This document shows positions 1 through 8,662 of a DNA stretch of 38,792 nt, piece after piece. The DNA comes from Bifidobacterium breve (lineage in GTDB: Bacteria; Actinomycetota; Acidimicrobiia; IMCC26256): contig CAMDSG010000001.1 in NCBI GenBank assembly GCA_945907055.1, positions 1 through 38,792 on the forward strand. Reading direction: 5' to 3'. How positions within the stretch are numbered: the first letter of the stretch is position 1; each line of letters starts with the position of its first letter. Under the pieces are notes generated by a model that ran no database searches, was not told the DNA's origin, and saw only the letters and a program-made list of their open reading frames with translations. Both the position numbers and the translations under genes were made by a program.

Positions 1-5
1 GAGCG

Positions 6-509
6 CTACTCGCCTAATCGACCGTATGCGCCTCGGTAATAGAGAAGTGGGCCGGCATCGGCCTCGATTCCAAGATCGATTACGCGCCCAACGACGATCC
101 AATGGTCGCCACCATCATGGACCTCATGGAGCACACAATCCAAAAACGCGTGCACGTCATCAAGGAGGGGTGAGCCACTCGGAGAGAGATGCCAAGCCAC
201 TTTAGAGAATCGATCCTCCCCTGGAGTCGCGAATACTCGGCAGACTTCCTCTTGAGCGTCATCGAGAATATTGACTGCAAAACTATTAGCCCGCTGTATA
301 CGCGGCCAGCTAGATGAAGTCTTTGCTGGGCAGAAAAGTACAAGCGGAGGATCGAGCGAGACGGATGTAAAGGAGTTCGCTGCCAGCCCAACAGGCCCTT
401 CATCATCCATGGCTGTGATGACGGTGATACCGGTGGCGAAGTGCCCAAGTGCATCTCGAAACTCGCTCGCTGTTGGGCCAATGACATTCTCGTCGGGATG
501 CCCTGTCAT
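6..509 (-). CDS. Flavin reductase family protein (HpaC/RutF-like)
   Basis: FRDALGHFATGITVITA, ANSFTSVSLDPPLV, GGDHWIVVG and PLLYYRG motifs; start overlaps the stop of the upstream MBL gene (ATGA). Confidence 0.92.
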   Translation of the reverse strand: MTGHPDENVIGPTASEFRDALGHFATGITVITAMDDEGPVGLAANSFTSVSLDPPLVLFCPAKTSSSWPRIQRANSFAVNILDDAQEEVCRVFATPGEDRFSKVAWHLSPSGSPLLDDVHAFLDCVLHEVHDGGDHWIVVGRVIDLGIEADAGPLLYYRGAYGRLGE

Positions 510-1420
510 CGGTCGGCTCTCTCAACTTGCGGCGTTAGGTCTAGCAAGGTTGGCTCAATCTTGACTTCTAGGCCCTCGCGTGCTGCAAAAACCTTAAGCC
601 CAGATCCATCTGATCGGGCGATTCCAGCAGCGTATTGCTCTATGGAGTCAATCTCGGCATCATCATGCATGGGATCATGGTGGAATAGCGCCAGACTCCT
701 AACACGCCCAGAAAGAGCTACTTTTACAGCATAATTAACGCTGCTATGACCCCAGTGTCGCTTCTCCGGATACTCATCAAGCGTGTGCTGAGCGTCGTGA
801 ATTAACAGATCTGCGCCGGTGCAAAGGTCGATTACATCCTGGGGAACGAAGTCATCATCATCAAGAGAAGAGCATCCGGGGCCATGGTCTGGCATGTAGA
901 CGACTGACACATCGTCGCAATCAACGCGAAAGGCCAGAGTAGGTCCAGTATGACGAACGGCGAGAGCAGTGACAACCGCGTCTCCGACTCTGAAACTCCC
1001 CGGAGATACATCGTGGAACCGCACACTTGCGCCTAGCTCCGCTGGAGTAATCGGAAAATATGGGGGGCCCATAAAACGCCCAACCATCTCCGAGAGTGGT
1101 GCCTCCCCGTGATCTGGGCCGTAGATATCTACTTCACTGCCGAGCTGATGAAGAGGCTTAAAGAATGGGAATCCTTGGACATGATCCCAGTGGAGATGAG
1201 TCAGGAGCACCGAGCCCCTCCACCCAGCTGCATTACCTGAGGCAACTAGCGAGTCTCCATAGGTTCGCAGGCCAGTTCCAAGATCAAGAATTATCGGATC
1301 TGCTTCGGGGATCTCAATCACTACGCAAGAGGTATTTCCGCCATAGCGCGCAAGAGCGGGATCGTCGCATGGCGTTGAGCCGCGTACCCCATAGAAAGTT
1401 ACGTTCATCCCCCGAGACAT
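506..1420 (-). CDS. MBL-fold metallo-hydrolase (RNase Z/phosphodiesterase-like)
   Basis: GVRGS..YGGNTSCV, DLGTG, THLHWDH, WGHS and FHHDP motifs; start trimmed from 1558 to the ATG at 1420 (or 1408) because the extension runs through an intergenic repeat. Confidence 0.88.
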   Translation of the reverse strand: MSRGMNVTFYGVRGSTPCDDPALARYGGNTSCVVIEIPEADPIILDLGTGLRTYGDSLVASGNAAGWRGSVLLTHLHWDHVQGFPFFKPLHQLGSEVDIYGPDHGEAPLSEMVGRFMGPPYFPITPAELGASVRFHDVSPGSFRVGDAVVTALAVRHTGPTLAFRVDCDDVSVVYMPDHGPGCSSLDDDDFVPQDVIDLCTGADLLIHDAQHTLDEYPEKRHWGHSSVNYAVKVALSGRVRSLALFHHDPMHDDAEIDSIEQYAAGIARSDGSGLKVFAAREGLEVKIEPTLLDLTPQVERADR

Positions 1421-1480
1421 AAGGAAGGGAACGTTACCGGCATAGGTCTCTGGTGCGAAAGTGCGACAGCCCAAATGTGA

Positions 1481-1557
1481 CATGTGTCTGGGCCTGCATG
1501 TATCTGGTGCGTCATGAATCTGGAGCGTCATGTATCTAGGATGTGTGTGGGCCTGCA
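1481..1557. repeat. Degenerate ~16-bp tandem repeat, consensus CATGTATCTGGNGCNT, about 5 copies
   Basis: catgtgtctgggcctg (1481), catgtatctggtgcgt (1497), catgaatctggagcgt (1513), catgtatctagg (1529), atgtgtgtgggcctgca (1541). Confidence 0.8.
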
Positions 1558-1626
1558 CTCGACCCCAAGAGCGCCTCCCCCTGTCTAAGTCATGCCTGGC
1601 CTCAAAGCGGAGTAACTTCTGCCCTC

Positions 1627-2523
1627 ATGACGACATCCTCACAAATAAACCCCTCACACATCAACGCAAACGGAGTTGATATCGCTTATCTAGAGGCCGG
1701 GCCCAAAGATGGGCCCCTTGCTCTCTGCTTGCATGGCTTCCCAGACCACGCACCCACATGGCGATATCTCATGCCGCTTCTCGCAGAGGCTGGTTACCAC
1801 GCAGTCGCTCCATGGCTGCGCGGTTATGCCCCTACCGGACTCGCTGCTGACGGTAATTATCAAGTCGCATCGCTTGCACTCGATGCGCTCGCACTTGCAG
1901 ATCAACTCGCTGGAGATAACGACGCTGTAATCATCGGGCACGACTGGGGAGCAATCACAACGCATACCGCAGTAGCGCATCGCCCTGATCGCTTCTCAAA
2001 GATGGTCGCCATTGCAGTTCCTCATGCACTTGCGATGGGCGCTTACCTGATGGATCCTGAACAGCTCAAGCGCATGTGGTATCAGTTCTTCTTCCAGATG
2101 CCTACAGCGGATTTTGTGGTTCCGATGAACGACTTCGCAATCATCGACAAGCTCTGGGCTGATTGGTCTCCGGGCTACACCCCTGATGCTGAAGATATGC
2201 GAGCGCTGAAGGAGACACTTGCATCTCCTGGCACTCTCACCGCAGCGCTGAACTACTACCGCTTCGTCCACGGAACCCTCGCAAATGACCCCGCTCTGGA
2301 TGCAGTGCAGGCAGGGTTTATTTCTCCGATCACTATTCCTGCGCTTTACCTTCATGGAGCCGATGATGGATGCATGGGCGAGCAACTCGTGAAAGAGGAC
2401 GAACTGCGACCTCACTATCTAGGCGGGCTTGATGTTGCTGTGATTCCATATGCCGGCCACTTCTTACACATTGAGAAGCCAGAGTTAGTAAACCCGATGA
2501 TTATGGAGTTCTTGAAGAGATGA
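1627..2523 (+). CDS. Alpha/beta hydrolase, epoxide hydrolase-like
   Basis: HGFP oxyanion motif, GHDWG Asp nucleophile, lid tyrosines (WYQFFF, NYYR), AGHF His; start set at ATG 1627 just after a TAACTT -10. Confidence 0.88.
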   Translation: MTTSSQINPSHINANGVDIAYLEAGPKDGPLALCLHGFPDHAPTWRYLMPLLAEAGYHAVAPWLRGYAPTGLAADGNYQVASLALDALALADQLAGDNDAVIIGHDWGAITTHTAVAHRPDRFSKMVAIAVPHALAMGAYLMDPEQLKRMWYQFFFQMPTADFVVPMNDFAIIDKLWADWSPGYTPDAEDMRALKETLASPGTLTAALNYYRFVHGTLANDPALDAVQAGFISPITIPALYLHGADDGCMGEQLVKEDELRPHYLGGLDVAVIPYAGHFLHIEKPELVNPMIMEFLKR

Positions 2524-2765
2524 ATGAGCGCGGATCGATGACACTGAATACGGTCATGCTCTCCCTCACCTTGCTCGGAGTTGCCGGAGTGGTGATCGTG
2601 GCGATCGCCATGGCATTCGCAGGATTCACAGGTTTCGGCGTGATTGTTCTCGCCCTATTTGCAGTGCAAGCAGGCTACGGATTCTTGCTCTATCGAAAAC
2701 TCCCAGCCGCATCTCGACTGAGCGAACCAAGCAGACCGAGCAACCCAAGCGAAGACGCGTCCTGA
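2520..2765 (+). CDS. Small membrane protein (2 predicted TM helices), unknown function
   Basis: Two hydrophobic stretches; ATGA overlap with the hydrolase stop. Confidence 0.65.
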   Translation: MNERGSMTLNTVMLSLTLLGVAGVVIVAIAMAFAGFTGFGVIVLALFAVQAGYGFLLYRKLPAASRLSEPSRPSNPSEDAS

Positions 2766-2774
2766 TTTAAATTG

Positions 2775-2798
2775 CGATAACCGTTAGAGGTTTATCGA
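2775..2798. terminator. Hairpin between convergent genes (candidate terminator)
   Basis: cgataacc-gttaga-ggtttatcg imperfect inverted repeat. Confidence 0.35.
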
Positions 2799-2828
2799 GA
2801 CTTATATGGAGGAATCGCGAAGTAATCG

Positions 2829-3329
2829 CTACGACTCGTAGGGTCGCTGGCGTGGCTTTGCGGCCTCTCGCTTAGGCACCATCACTTTGCGGCGGAAATA
2901 GCAGACCTCTTCTCCGCGCTGGTTGTATCCAAACGTCTCAACAGTTACGACACCACGATCTGTCTTGCTTGAAGACTCTCGCTTCTCAAGCACTTTTGTC
3001 TCTGCATAGATGGTATCGCCATGGAAAGTAGGTCGCTTGTGCTGCAGCGTCTCTATCTCAAGGTTGGCAATAGCTAATCCACTCACATCCGGGACGCTCA
3101 TCCCAAGCACTAGCGAGTAGACAAGGTTGCCGACAACAACATTCTTGCCAAACTGCGTCTGCGTCTCTGCAAACCACGCATCAGTGTGGAGCGGGTGATG
3201 ATTCATCGTCATCATGCAGAACAGATGATCGTCCGCCTCCGTGATGGTCTTCCCTGGCCAGTGCTTATAGATGTCGTCAATCTCGAAGTCTTCGTAGTAC
3301 CGACCGAATGGGCGCTCATGAATTGTCAT
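2829..3329 (-). CDS. MaoC-family dehydratase, probable mesaconyl-CoA hydratase (actinobacterial type)
   Basis: FGRYYEDF, HWPGKTITEADDHLFC, NHHPLH, VVVGN, TFHGDTIYAET; resembles the MaoC gene of the Streptomyces ccr-ecm cluster as recalled. Confidence 0.85.
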   Translation of the reverse strand: MTIHERPFGRYYEDFEIDDIYKHWPGKTITEADDHLFCMMTMNHHPLHTDAWFAETQTQFGKNVVVGNLVYSLVLGMSVPDVSGLAIANLEIETLQHKRPTFHGDTIYAETKVLEKRESSSKTDRGVVTVETFGYNQRGEEVCYFRRKVMVPKREAAKPRQRPYES

Positions 3330-3436
3330 GGACCGATCATGCCAAAAGTCGGGAGAGAACGCTCAAAGGAGGTCTGATTCTTGGTCTCCTACCACCCCAA
3401 GTCGATTCTGGCGGGGCGAAAACTCGGCCCCCGGCG

Positions 3437-4036
3437 CTACAGGCCCGTCGCACCACTCGGGAAGCCGCTCGGCGGTGAAGCAGGCGTAAAGTTCGACCAG
3501 TCGACGTTACAAGCAGCAGAGACAGGCCCACCGGCTTCTTTAATTGTGTCTAAGAGGGTCGGAACATCTCGCCCAATCAAAACATTCACCATGCCTGCTC
3601 GAACATTTGGGGCCTTCGCTAGGCCATCAGATAAGCACTGAATATCTGCATCGAGTACTCCGGGCAGACCACTTGAAATCTGACCCTTCAATAGTGTCGA
3701 GATCTTGAAGCATGATTCTTTCGAGATTGAGACACCGAGACGCTTTGCAGCCGATGCGTCATCAGCCTCAAGAAGGGTTCTCACCTGCTTGGAGGTTGCA
3801 CCCGTTGCTGGATTAACCCCTGCACCGTTTAATGCATTCACACCAATTGCATCGACCGTTGACTCAGCGAAGCATCGAGCCTCAGTGGCTGTGATTGGAG
3901 TTGAGTCAGCCTTGTATCCAACTAGCAGGCCGTCTACATACTCTCCTCGAGTGAAATTTGTAGACGGGCTATCGCCGCATGCAGATAGCAGCACAACGGC
4001 GCATAACGAGATGAGCAACGGGAGTCTTCTGAGCAT
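3437..4036 (-). CDS. Lipoprotein of unknown function
   Basis: Signal peptide with lipobox LLSAC; four further Cys; Pro/Gly/Ser-rich tail. Confidence 0.75.
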   Translation of the reverse strand: MLRRLPLLISLCAVVLLSACGDSPSTNFTRGEYVDGLLVGYKADSTPITATEARCFAESTVDAIGVNALNGAGVNPATGATSKQVRTLLEADDASAAKRLGVSISKESCFKISTLLKGQISSGLPGVLDADIQCLSDGLAKAPNVRAGMVNVLIGRDVPTLLDTIKEAGGPVSAACNVDWSNFTPASPPSGFPSGATGL

Positions 4037-4157
4037 GATTTAAGCGTTCCTTAAAAGTAGCGGTATTGCCCTCGGGGGGAGAGTCTAGGGGGTGGGTCTC
4101 AAGGAGACGGATCGCCTCAACCAACTCATCATCAGCCAACTAATCATCGACGCGTGG

Positions 4158-5336
4158 CTACTCCTCGATTGCATACCTCTTGAGCAGCCCACGTGCGATA
4201 ACGGTTCGCTGTATCTCATTGGTGCCTTCGCCAATAATCATCAGTGGCGCGTCCCGGAAATACCGCTCTAACGGCAGATCGGTTGTGTATCCAACTCCTC
4301 CATGGATTCTCATCGCCTCAGTAGCAATATCAAGGGCCGCCTCGCTGGCGAACAGCTTCGCCATTCCAGCCTCGACCTCTGCCCGGCCGGTCTCTGCCCT
4401 GAGTCGGGCTGCATGCTCCGTAAGTAGGCGCGCTGCCTGCAGCTGAGTCCCCATGTCTGCAAGTTTGTGCGCAATCGCCTGATGAGCCGCTATGGGCTGA
4501 CCAAAGGTGTGTCTCTGCTGCGCATATTTAATAGACGCCTCAAATGCCGCACGAGCAACCCCAACCGCTCTCGCAGCGATGTTGATACGACCGACCTCGA
4601 GACCGCTAAGGATTGCGGCGAGTCCTTTGCCCACACCCTCATCCCCGCCAAGAACTGCACTTGCTGGAACTCGATGGGCGTCGTAGACCATCTCAACCGT
4701 CTCAAGACCCCTGTAACCGAGTTTTCCGATATTTTTACTAACAGCGATTCCGCCATAAGCGACTCCGGGGTCTTTCTCGACCATGAAACAAGTAATGCCT
4801 TCTTCGGTGCGAGCAGCGAGCGCAACCAAACCTGCGCGTTCGCCATTTGTTACCCATGCCTTCGTGCCGGTTATTACATACTCATCGCCGTCTCGCACTG
4901 CCCTGCACGAGATATTCCTCGTATCCGATCCCGCATCTGGTTCGGAGAGAGATAGGCAACCGCGCATCTCGCCAGTGACCATCCGCGGAAGCAACGAGGA
5001 TCGTTGCTCGTCGGTTCCATGGGCCACAAGCAGCCCGGCTGCAATGTGGTGGGTATTTATGACGCCGGAGAGCGACATCCATCCGGCAGCGAGCTCCTCT
5101 ATGACAGCGATGTAGGAGAGGAGATCGAGCCCTAAGCCTCCGTACTCCTCAGGGACGGTGATCCCAAAGAGGCCCATCTCCTTCATCTGCTCAACGAGAG
5201 CCTCGGGGTATTCGTCGGCGTGCTCGAGGGCGGAGGCCACAGGCAGCACCTCACGCTCAACCCACTTTTGAACTAGGGCCGTCAACTCCGAGCGAGTCTC
5301 TGGGTCGGTCACTGTGGAGAATGATTTATGGCTCAT
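4158..5336 (-). CDS. Acyl-CoA dehydrogenase, Streptomyces-type methylsuccinyl-CoA dehydrogenase-like
   Basis: GWMSLSGVINTH, SEPDAGSD, KLGYRGLET, LEVGRINIAAR, IHGGVGY, IGEGTNEIQ; start at ATG 5336 after a TAAACT -10. Confidence 0.9.
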   Translation of the reverse strand: MSHKSFSTVTDPETRSELTALVQKWVEREVLPVASALEHADEYPEALVEQMKEMGLFGITVPEEYGGLGLDLLSYIAVIEELAAGWMSLSGVINTHHIAAGLLVAHGTDEQRSSLLPRMVTGEMRGCLSLSEPDAGSDTRNISCRAVRDGDEYVITGTKAWVTNGERAGLVALAARTEEGITCFMVEKDPGVAYGGIAVSKNIGKLGYRGLETVEMVYDAHRVPASAVLGGDEGVGKGLAAILSGLEVGRINIAARAVGVARAAFEASIKYAQQRHTFGQPIAAHQAIAHKLADMGTQLQAARLLTEHAARLRAETGRAEVEAGMAKLFASEAALDIATEAMRIHGGVGYTTDLPLERYFRDAPLMIIGEGTNEIQRTVIARGLLKRYAIEE

Positions 5337-5412
5337 GCATCCGAGTTTACTAACCGAGCCACCCACACGCCCTAGGAGAAAATGCGGCTCGAGGGGTTAG
5401 GTTCTAATCCGC

Positions 5413-7290
5413 ATGATGCACCAAACACTTATGAGCTTTCGGCGCGACCCCGATGCCGTGAAGGGCAAGCACCTTGAACGCGATCTAATTAGACGCGTCT
5501 TTGGAATGACAGGCCTATATCGTGGCGCTCTAATCGGATTTATCATCACCGTTGTGCTCTCCGCTGTTGTGGGGGTTATTCCTCCGCTTCTCTTTAGGTC
5601 TCTGCTCGATAACGCCGTGCCTAACAAGAATGAGGGGCTTGTAATAGGGCTAGCTGTCGCTGCCGTAGCACTCGCCATCGCAAGCGCCGGGCTCTCACTT
5701 GTTCAGCGCTGGTACTCAGCCATCGTCGGCGAGGGGCTCATCTACGACATGCGCGTCTCCCTCTTCGACCACGTGCAACGCATGCCCATTGCGTTCTTCA
5801 CGCGCACTCAAACCGGCTCTCTAATGAGTCGACTGAACAACGATGTAATAGGGGCACAGCAAGCAGTGACGGGGACACTCGGTACCGTCATCTCTAATGT
5901 AATAACACTCGTTGTGACGCTCTCAGTAATGCTCGCTCTCGAGTGGCGCCTCACGATCCTCACCCTTGTAGTGCTCCCCGCATTTATCATCCCTGCTCGT
6001 CGCATTGGGAAGCGTCTCCAGGCTGCTACACGCGAGAGCTTTGTAGTCAACGCCTCAATGAACAACACAATCGCTGAGCGCTTCAACGTTGCTGGAGCGC
6101 TTGTCGTCAAACTATTTGGAGCGCACGACAGAGAGCGTGACGAGTTTGCATCACGCGCAGCTCGAGTTCGCGATATCGGTATTCAGACCGCGATGTACTC
6201 AAGAGTGCTGTTTGTTGCACTCGGATTGGTCGCTGCTGTTGGGACTGCAGTCGTCTATTACGTCGGCGGACACATGGCCATCGTGGGGACCATAAGCATC
6301 GGTACCGTTGGAGCCTTCGTGATCTATGTGGGCCAGATTTACCAGCCGCTAACACAACTAACTAACGCCCGTGTCGACGTGATGACCGCTCTTGTTTCAT
6401 TTGAGCGAGTATTTGAGATTCTCGATTTCCCCTCGATAGTCACAGAGTCGCCGACCGCTGTGACCCTTGAGTCTCCTAAGGGTCAGATCGATTTTGACCA
6501 TGTTTGGTTCCGCCACCCGGCCCCTGATTTAGTCTCGCTTGCTTCCCTCGAAGATGGTGGGGCCCCCGGTTCAGAACCATCAGAGTGGATACTCCAAGAC
6601 ATCAACCTCTCAATCGCTCCAGGCGAATTCGTAGCGCTCGTTGGGCCCTCGGGTGCTGGCAAGACAACAACAGCGATGCTGGTACCTCGCGTCGCCGATG
6701 TCGTCGAGGGTTCATTGCGCATCGATGGTCACGACGTTCGCGAACTCACAATGGATTCCGTCCATGCTGCAATCGGATTCGTAATGCAGGACCCTCACCT
6801 ATTCCACTCCTCCATTCGAGAGAACCTTCGCTACGCGAAGCCAGAGGCAACAGATGCAGAGATTGAGGCTGCATGCAGAGCGGCTCGAATCCACGACCTA
6901 ATAGCGACACTCCCCGATGGATATGACACGGTCGTTGGAGAACGCGGTTACCGCATGTCGGGGGGCGAAAAACAGCGAATCGCTATTGCCCGTGTCCTCT
7001 TGAAGAGCCCAGCGGTGATCATCCTCGACGAGGCAACATCACATCTCGACTCTGAGTCAGAACTCGCGATCCAACGTGCATTGGCAGAGGCGCTCAAGGG
7101 GCGTACCGCTCTCGTAATCGCTCACCGCCTCTCCACAATTGTTGCAGCCGACCGCATCGTCGTAGTCGACGGTGGCCGCATTGTGGAGCAGGGCACGCAC
7201 GCTGAACTTCTTAACCTCGGAGGTCTCTACGCAGATCTATACCGAACTCAAGCAGATAGAGCAGACGAGAACACCGACTTTTCCCTCTGA
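5413..7290 (+). CDS. ABC transporter, fused permease/ATP-binding protein (MsbA/exporter type)
   Basis: N-terminal TM domain; Walker A GPSGAGKT, signature MSGGEKQR, Walker B IILDEATS, AHRLST. Confidence 0.95.
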   Translation: MMHQTLMSFRRDPDAVKGKHLERDLIRRVFGMTGLYRGALIGFIITVVLSAVVGVIPPLLFRSLLDNAVPNKNEGLVIGLAVAAVALAIASAGLSLVQRWYSAIVGEGLIYDMRVSLFDHVQRMPIAFFTRTQTGSLMSRLNNDVIGAQQAVTGTLGTVISNVITLVVTLSVMLALEWRLTILTLVVLPAFIIPARRIGKRLQAATRESFVVNASMNNTIAERFNVAGALVVKLFGAHDRERDEFASRAARVRDIGIQTAMYSRVLFVALGLVAAVGTAVVYYVGGHMAIVGTISIGTVGAFVIYVGQIYQPLTQLTNARVDVMTALVSFERVFEILDFPSIVTESPTAVTLESPKGQIDFDHVWFRHPAPDLVSLASLEDGGAPGSEPSEWILQDINLSIAPGEFVALVGPSGAGKTTTAMLVPRVADVVEGSLRIDGHDVRELTMDSVHAAIGFVMQDPHLFHSSIRENLRYAKPEATDAEIEAACRAARIHDLIATLPDGYDTVVGERGYRMSGGEKQRIAIARVLLKSPAVIILDEATSHLDSESELAIQRALAEALKGRTALVIAHRLSTIVAADRIVVVDGGRIVEQGTHAELLNLGGLYADLYRTQADRADENTDFSL

Positions 7291-7335
7291 CGCGACGCTG
7301 CGGGTGCCCTTCTCCCCGGTACGATTGAACGCCTA

Positions 7336-8559
7336 ATGGAAACCGACGACATCAGCCCCCACTCCCGGCGCGCTGACGCAAGGCGAAGGCGGCATCAGCG
7401 CAAGCGTCGAAGCGCCTTGCTGATCTCGACTCTCCTGATAGTCACGATCGCGGCTTCCGCAGCAGCGTACGCAGATAGGGAGAGATTCTCGTTCCTATCT
7501 CAAACCTCTGAGCGCGAGAAAACCATCGATAAACAAGAGCGTGTTGTCGACCGCCCCGTTGAGCTGACTAAGGGAACGAAACGACGAGCGCTCACAGCAA
7601 AGCAGCCGCTTCGGTTGTGGATCGGTGGAGACTCTCTTGCTGGATCTCTTGGTCCTGGGCTTGGGCGTCTAGCTGCAGATACTGGAGTAGTCGCACCTGT
7701 GTACGAGTCGCGCGTCTCAAGTGGTTTAGCCAACCCAGGGTTCTTCAACTGGCCCAAACGAGCGGCATCCGAAATTTCTCGACTCAACCCGGAGGCAATT
7801 GCGTTCATCATCGGAACCAATGACTACCCGATCGTTACCGGTAAACAACTTAGTGGCGACTCTCCAATTGTTGAAGGCCAGCAACCTATTAGGCCTAAGT
7901 GGTCAATTGAGTACGAGAAGAAGACCGAAGAGATGATGCGGATCCTTGTTGGGGATCAAAACCGAACTGTGTTTTGGGTTTCGCCTCCGGTCATGAAGGA
8001 CGCAAAGATCAATAATGGGGCGCGCCAGATCGGAGAACTTCAGCGCAGCGTAGCGAAGCGTTTCCCAAGCGTTGTTTGGATCGATGGTTATAGCCTCTTC
8101 GATGATGCCAACGGCGATTATGCAACTCGAATCATTGATGAGAGTGGCGACTCGATACTGGCACGCGCTGGAGATGGCGTGCACCTATCCCCTGCGGGAG
8201 GCGAGTACCTAGGAGGTGCTGTATTCGATGAGATTGACCTCATTTGGCGGATACGCGATCAAGCAGTAGCCGGATACCTGCAACGCGTTGTCGAGACGAA
8301 GGGGTCGACCTATATCCCCGGCACTCGACCATCGACTCTGGGCCCAACTACCGAATCAACCGGAGCGAGTGGAGCGACCGGTTCCTCGGGAGTAAGCGGA
8401 GTGACAGGGGGCACAGGGACTACCGGGACCACAGGATCATCCTCGACAACCTCATCTACCTCGTCTACCTCCTCCACCTCCTCTACCTCAACGACTACCA
8501 CGCGCCCGCGTGGCTCCACTACCACCACGACTACCCGAACGACAATCCCGATTCTCTAA
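7336..8559 (+). CDS. Membrane-anchored SGNH/GDSL hydrolase (DUF459-like) with Gly/Ser/Thr-rich tail
   Basis: Arg-rich N-terminus plus TM helix, GGDSL, SSGL...FNWP, GTND and DGVH motifs. Confidence 0.82.
   Translation: METDDISPHSRRADARRRRHQRKRRSALLISTLLIVTIAASAAAYADRERFSFLSQTSEREKTIDKQERVVDRPVELTKGTKRRALTAKQPLRLWIGGDSLAGSLGPGLGRLAADTGVVAPVYESRVSSGLANPGFFNWPKRAASEISRLNPEAIAFIIGTNDYPIVTGKQLSGDSPIVEGQQPIRPKWSIEYEKKTEEMMRILVGDQNRTVFWVSPPVMKDAKINNGARQIGELQRSVAKRFPSVVWIDGYSLFDDANGDYATRIIDESGDSILARAGDGVHLSPAGGEYLGGAVFDEIDLIWRIRDQAVAGYLQRVVETKGSTYIPGTRPSTLGPTTESTGASGATGSSGVSGVTGGTGTTGTTGSSSTTSSTSSTSSTSSTSTTTTRPRGSTTTTTTRTTIPIL
8362..8545 (+). repeat. Low-complexity coding repeat: (G-X-S/T)9 followed by (SST)n and poly-Thr
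   Basis: GAS GAT GSS GVS GVT GGT GTT GTT GSS, then STTSSTSSTSSTSSTSTTTT. Confidence 0.85.
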
Positions 8560-8662
8560 GGACAAGCACCAGCGGGATACCAATGAATAGCGTCGTGATA
8601 CGGGGCTCAACACTTGCCCTCAGTTTCGGAGCCAACCGTGCAGCCTCGGTAGGCTCATCACC

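Noticed and set aside
1481-1557. CRISPR mini-array
   Set aside because: Units are 16 bp, contiguous and degenerate, with no unique spacers and no cas genes nearby.
8310-8528. Val/Glu/Pro-repeat ORF on the minus strand
   Set aside because: Reverse reading of the Ser/Thr repeat in the SGNH protein tail.
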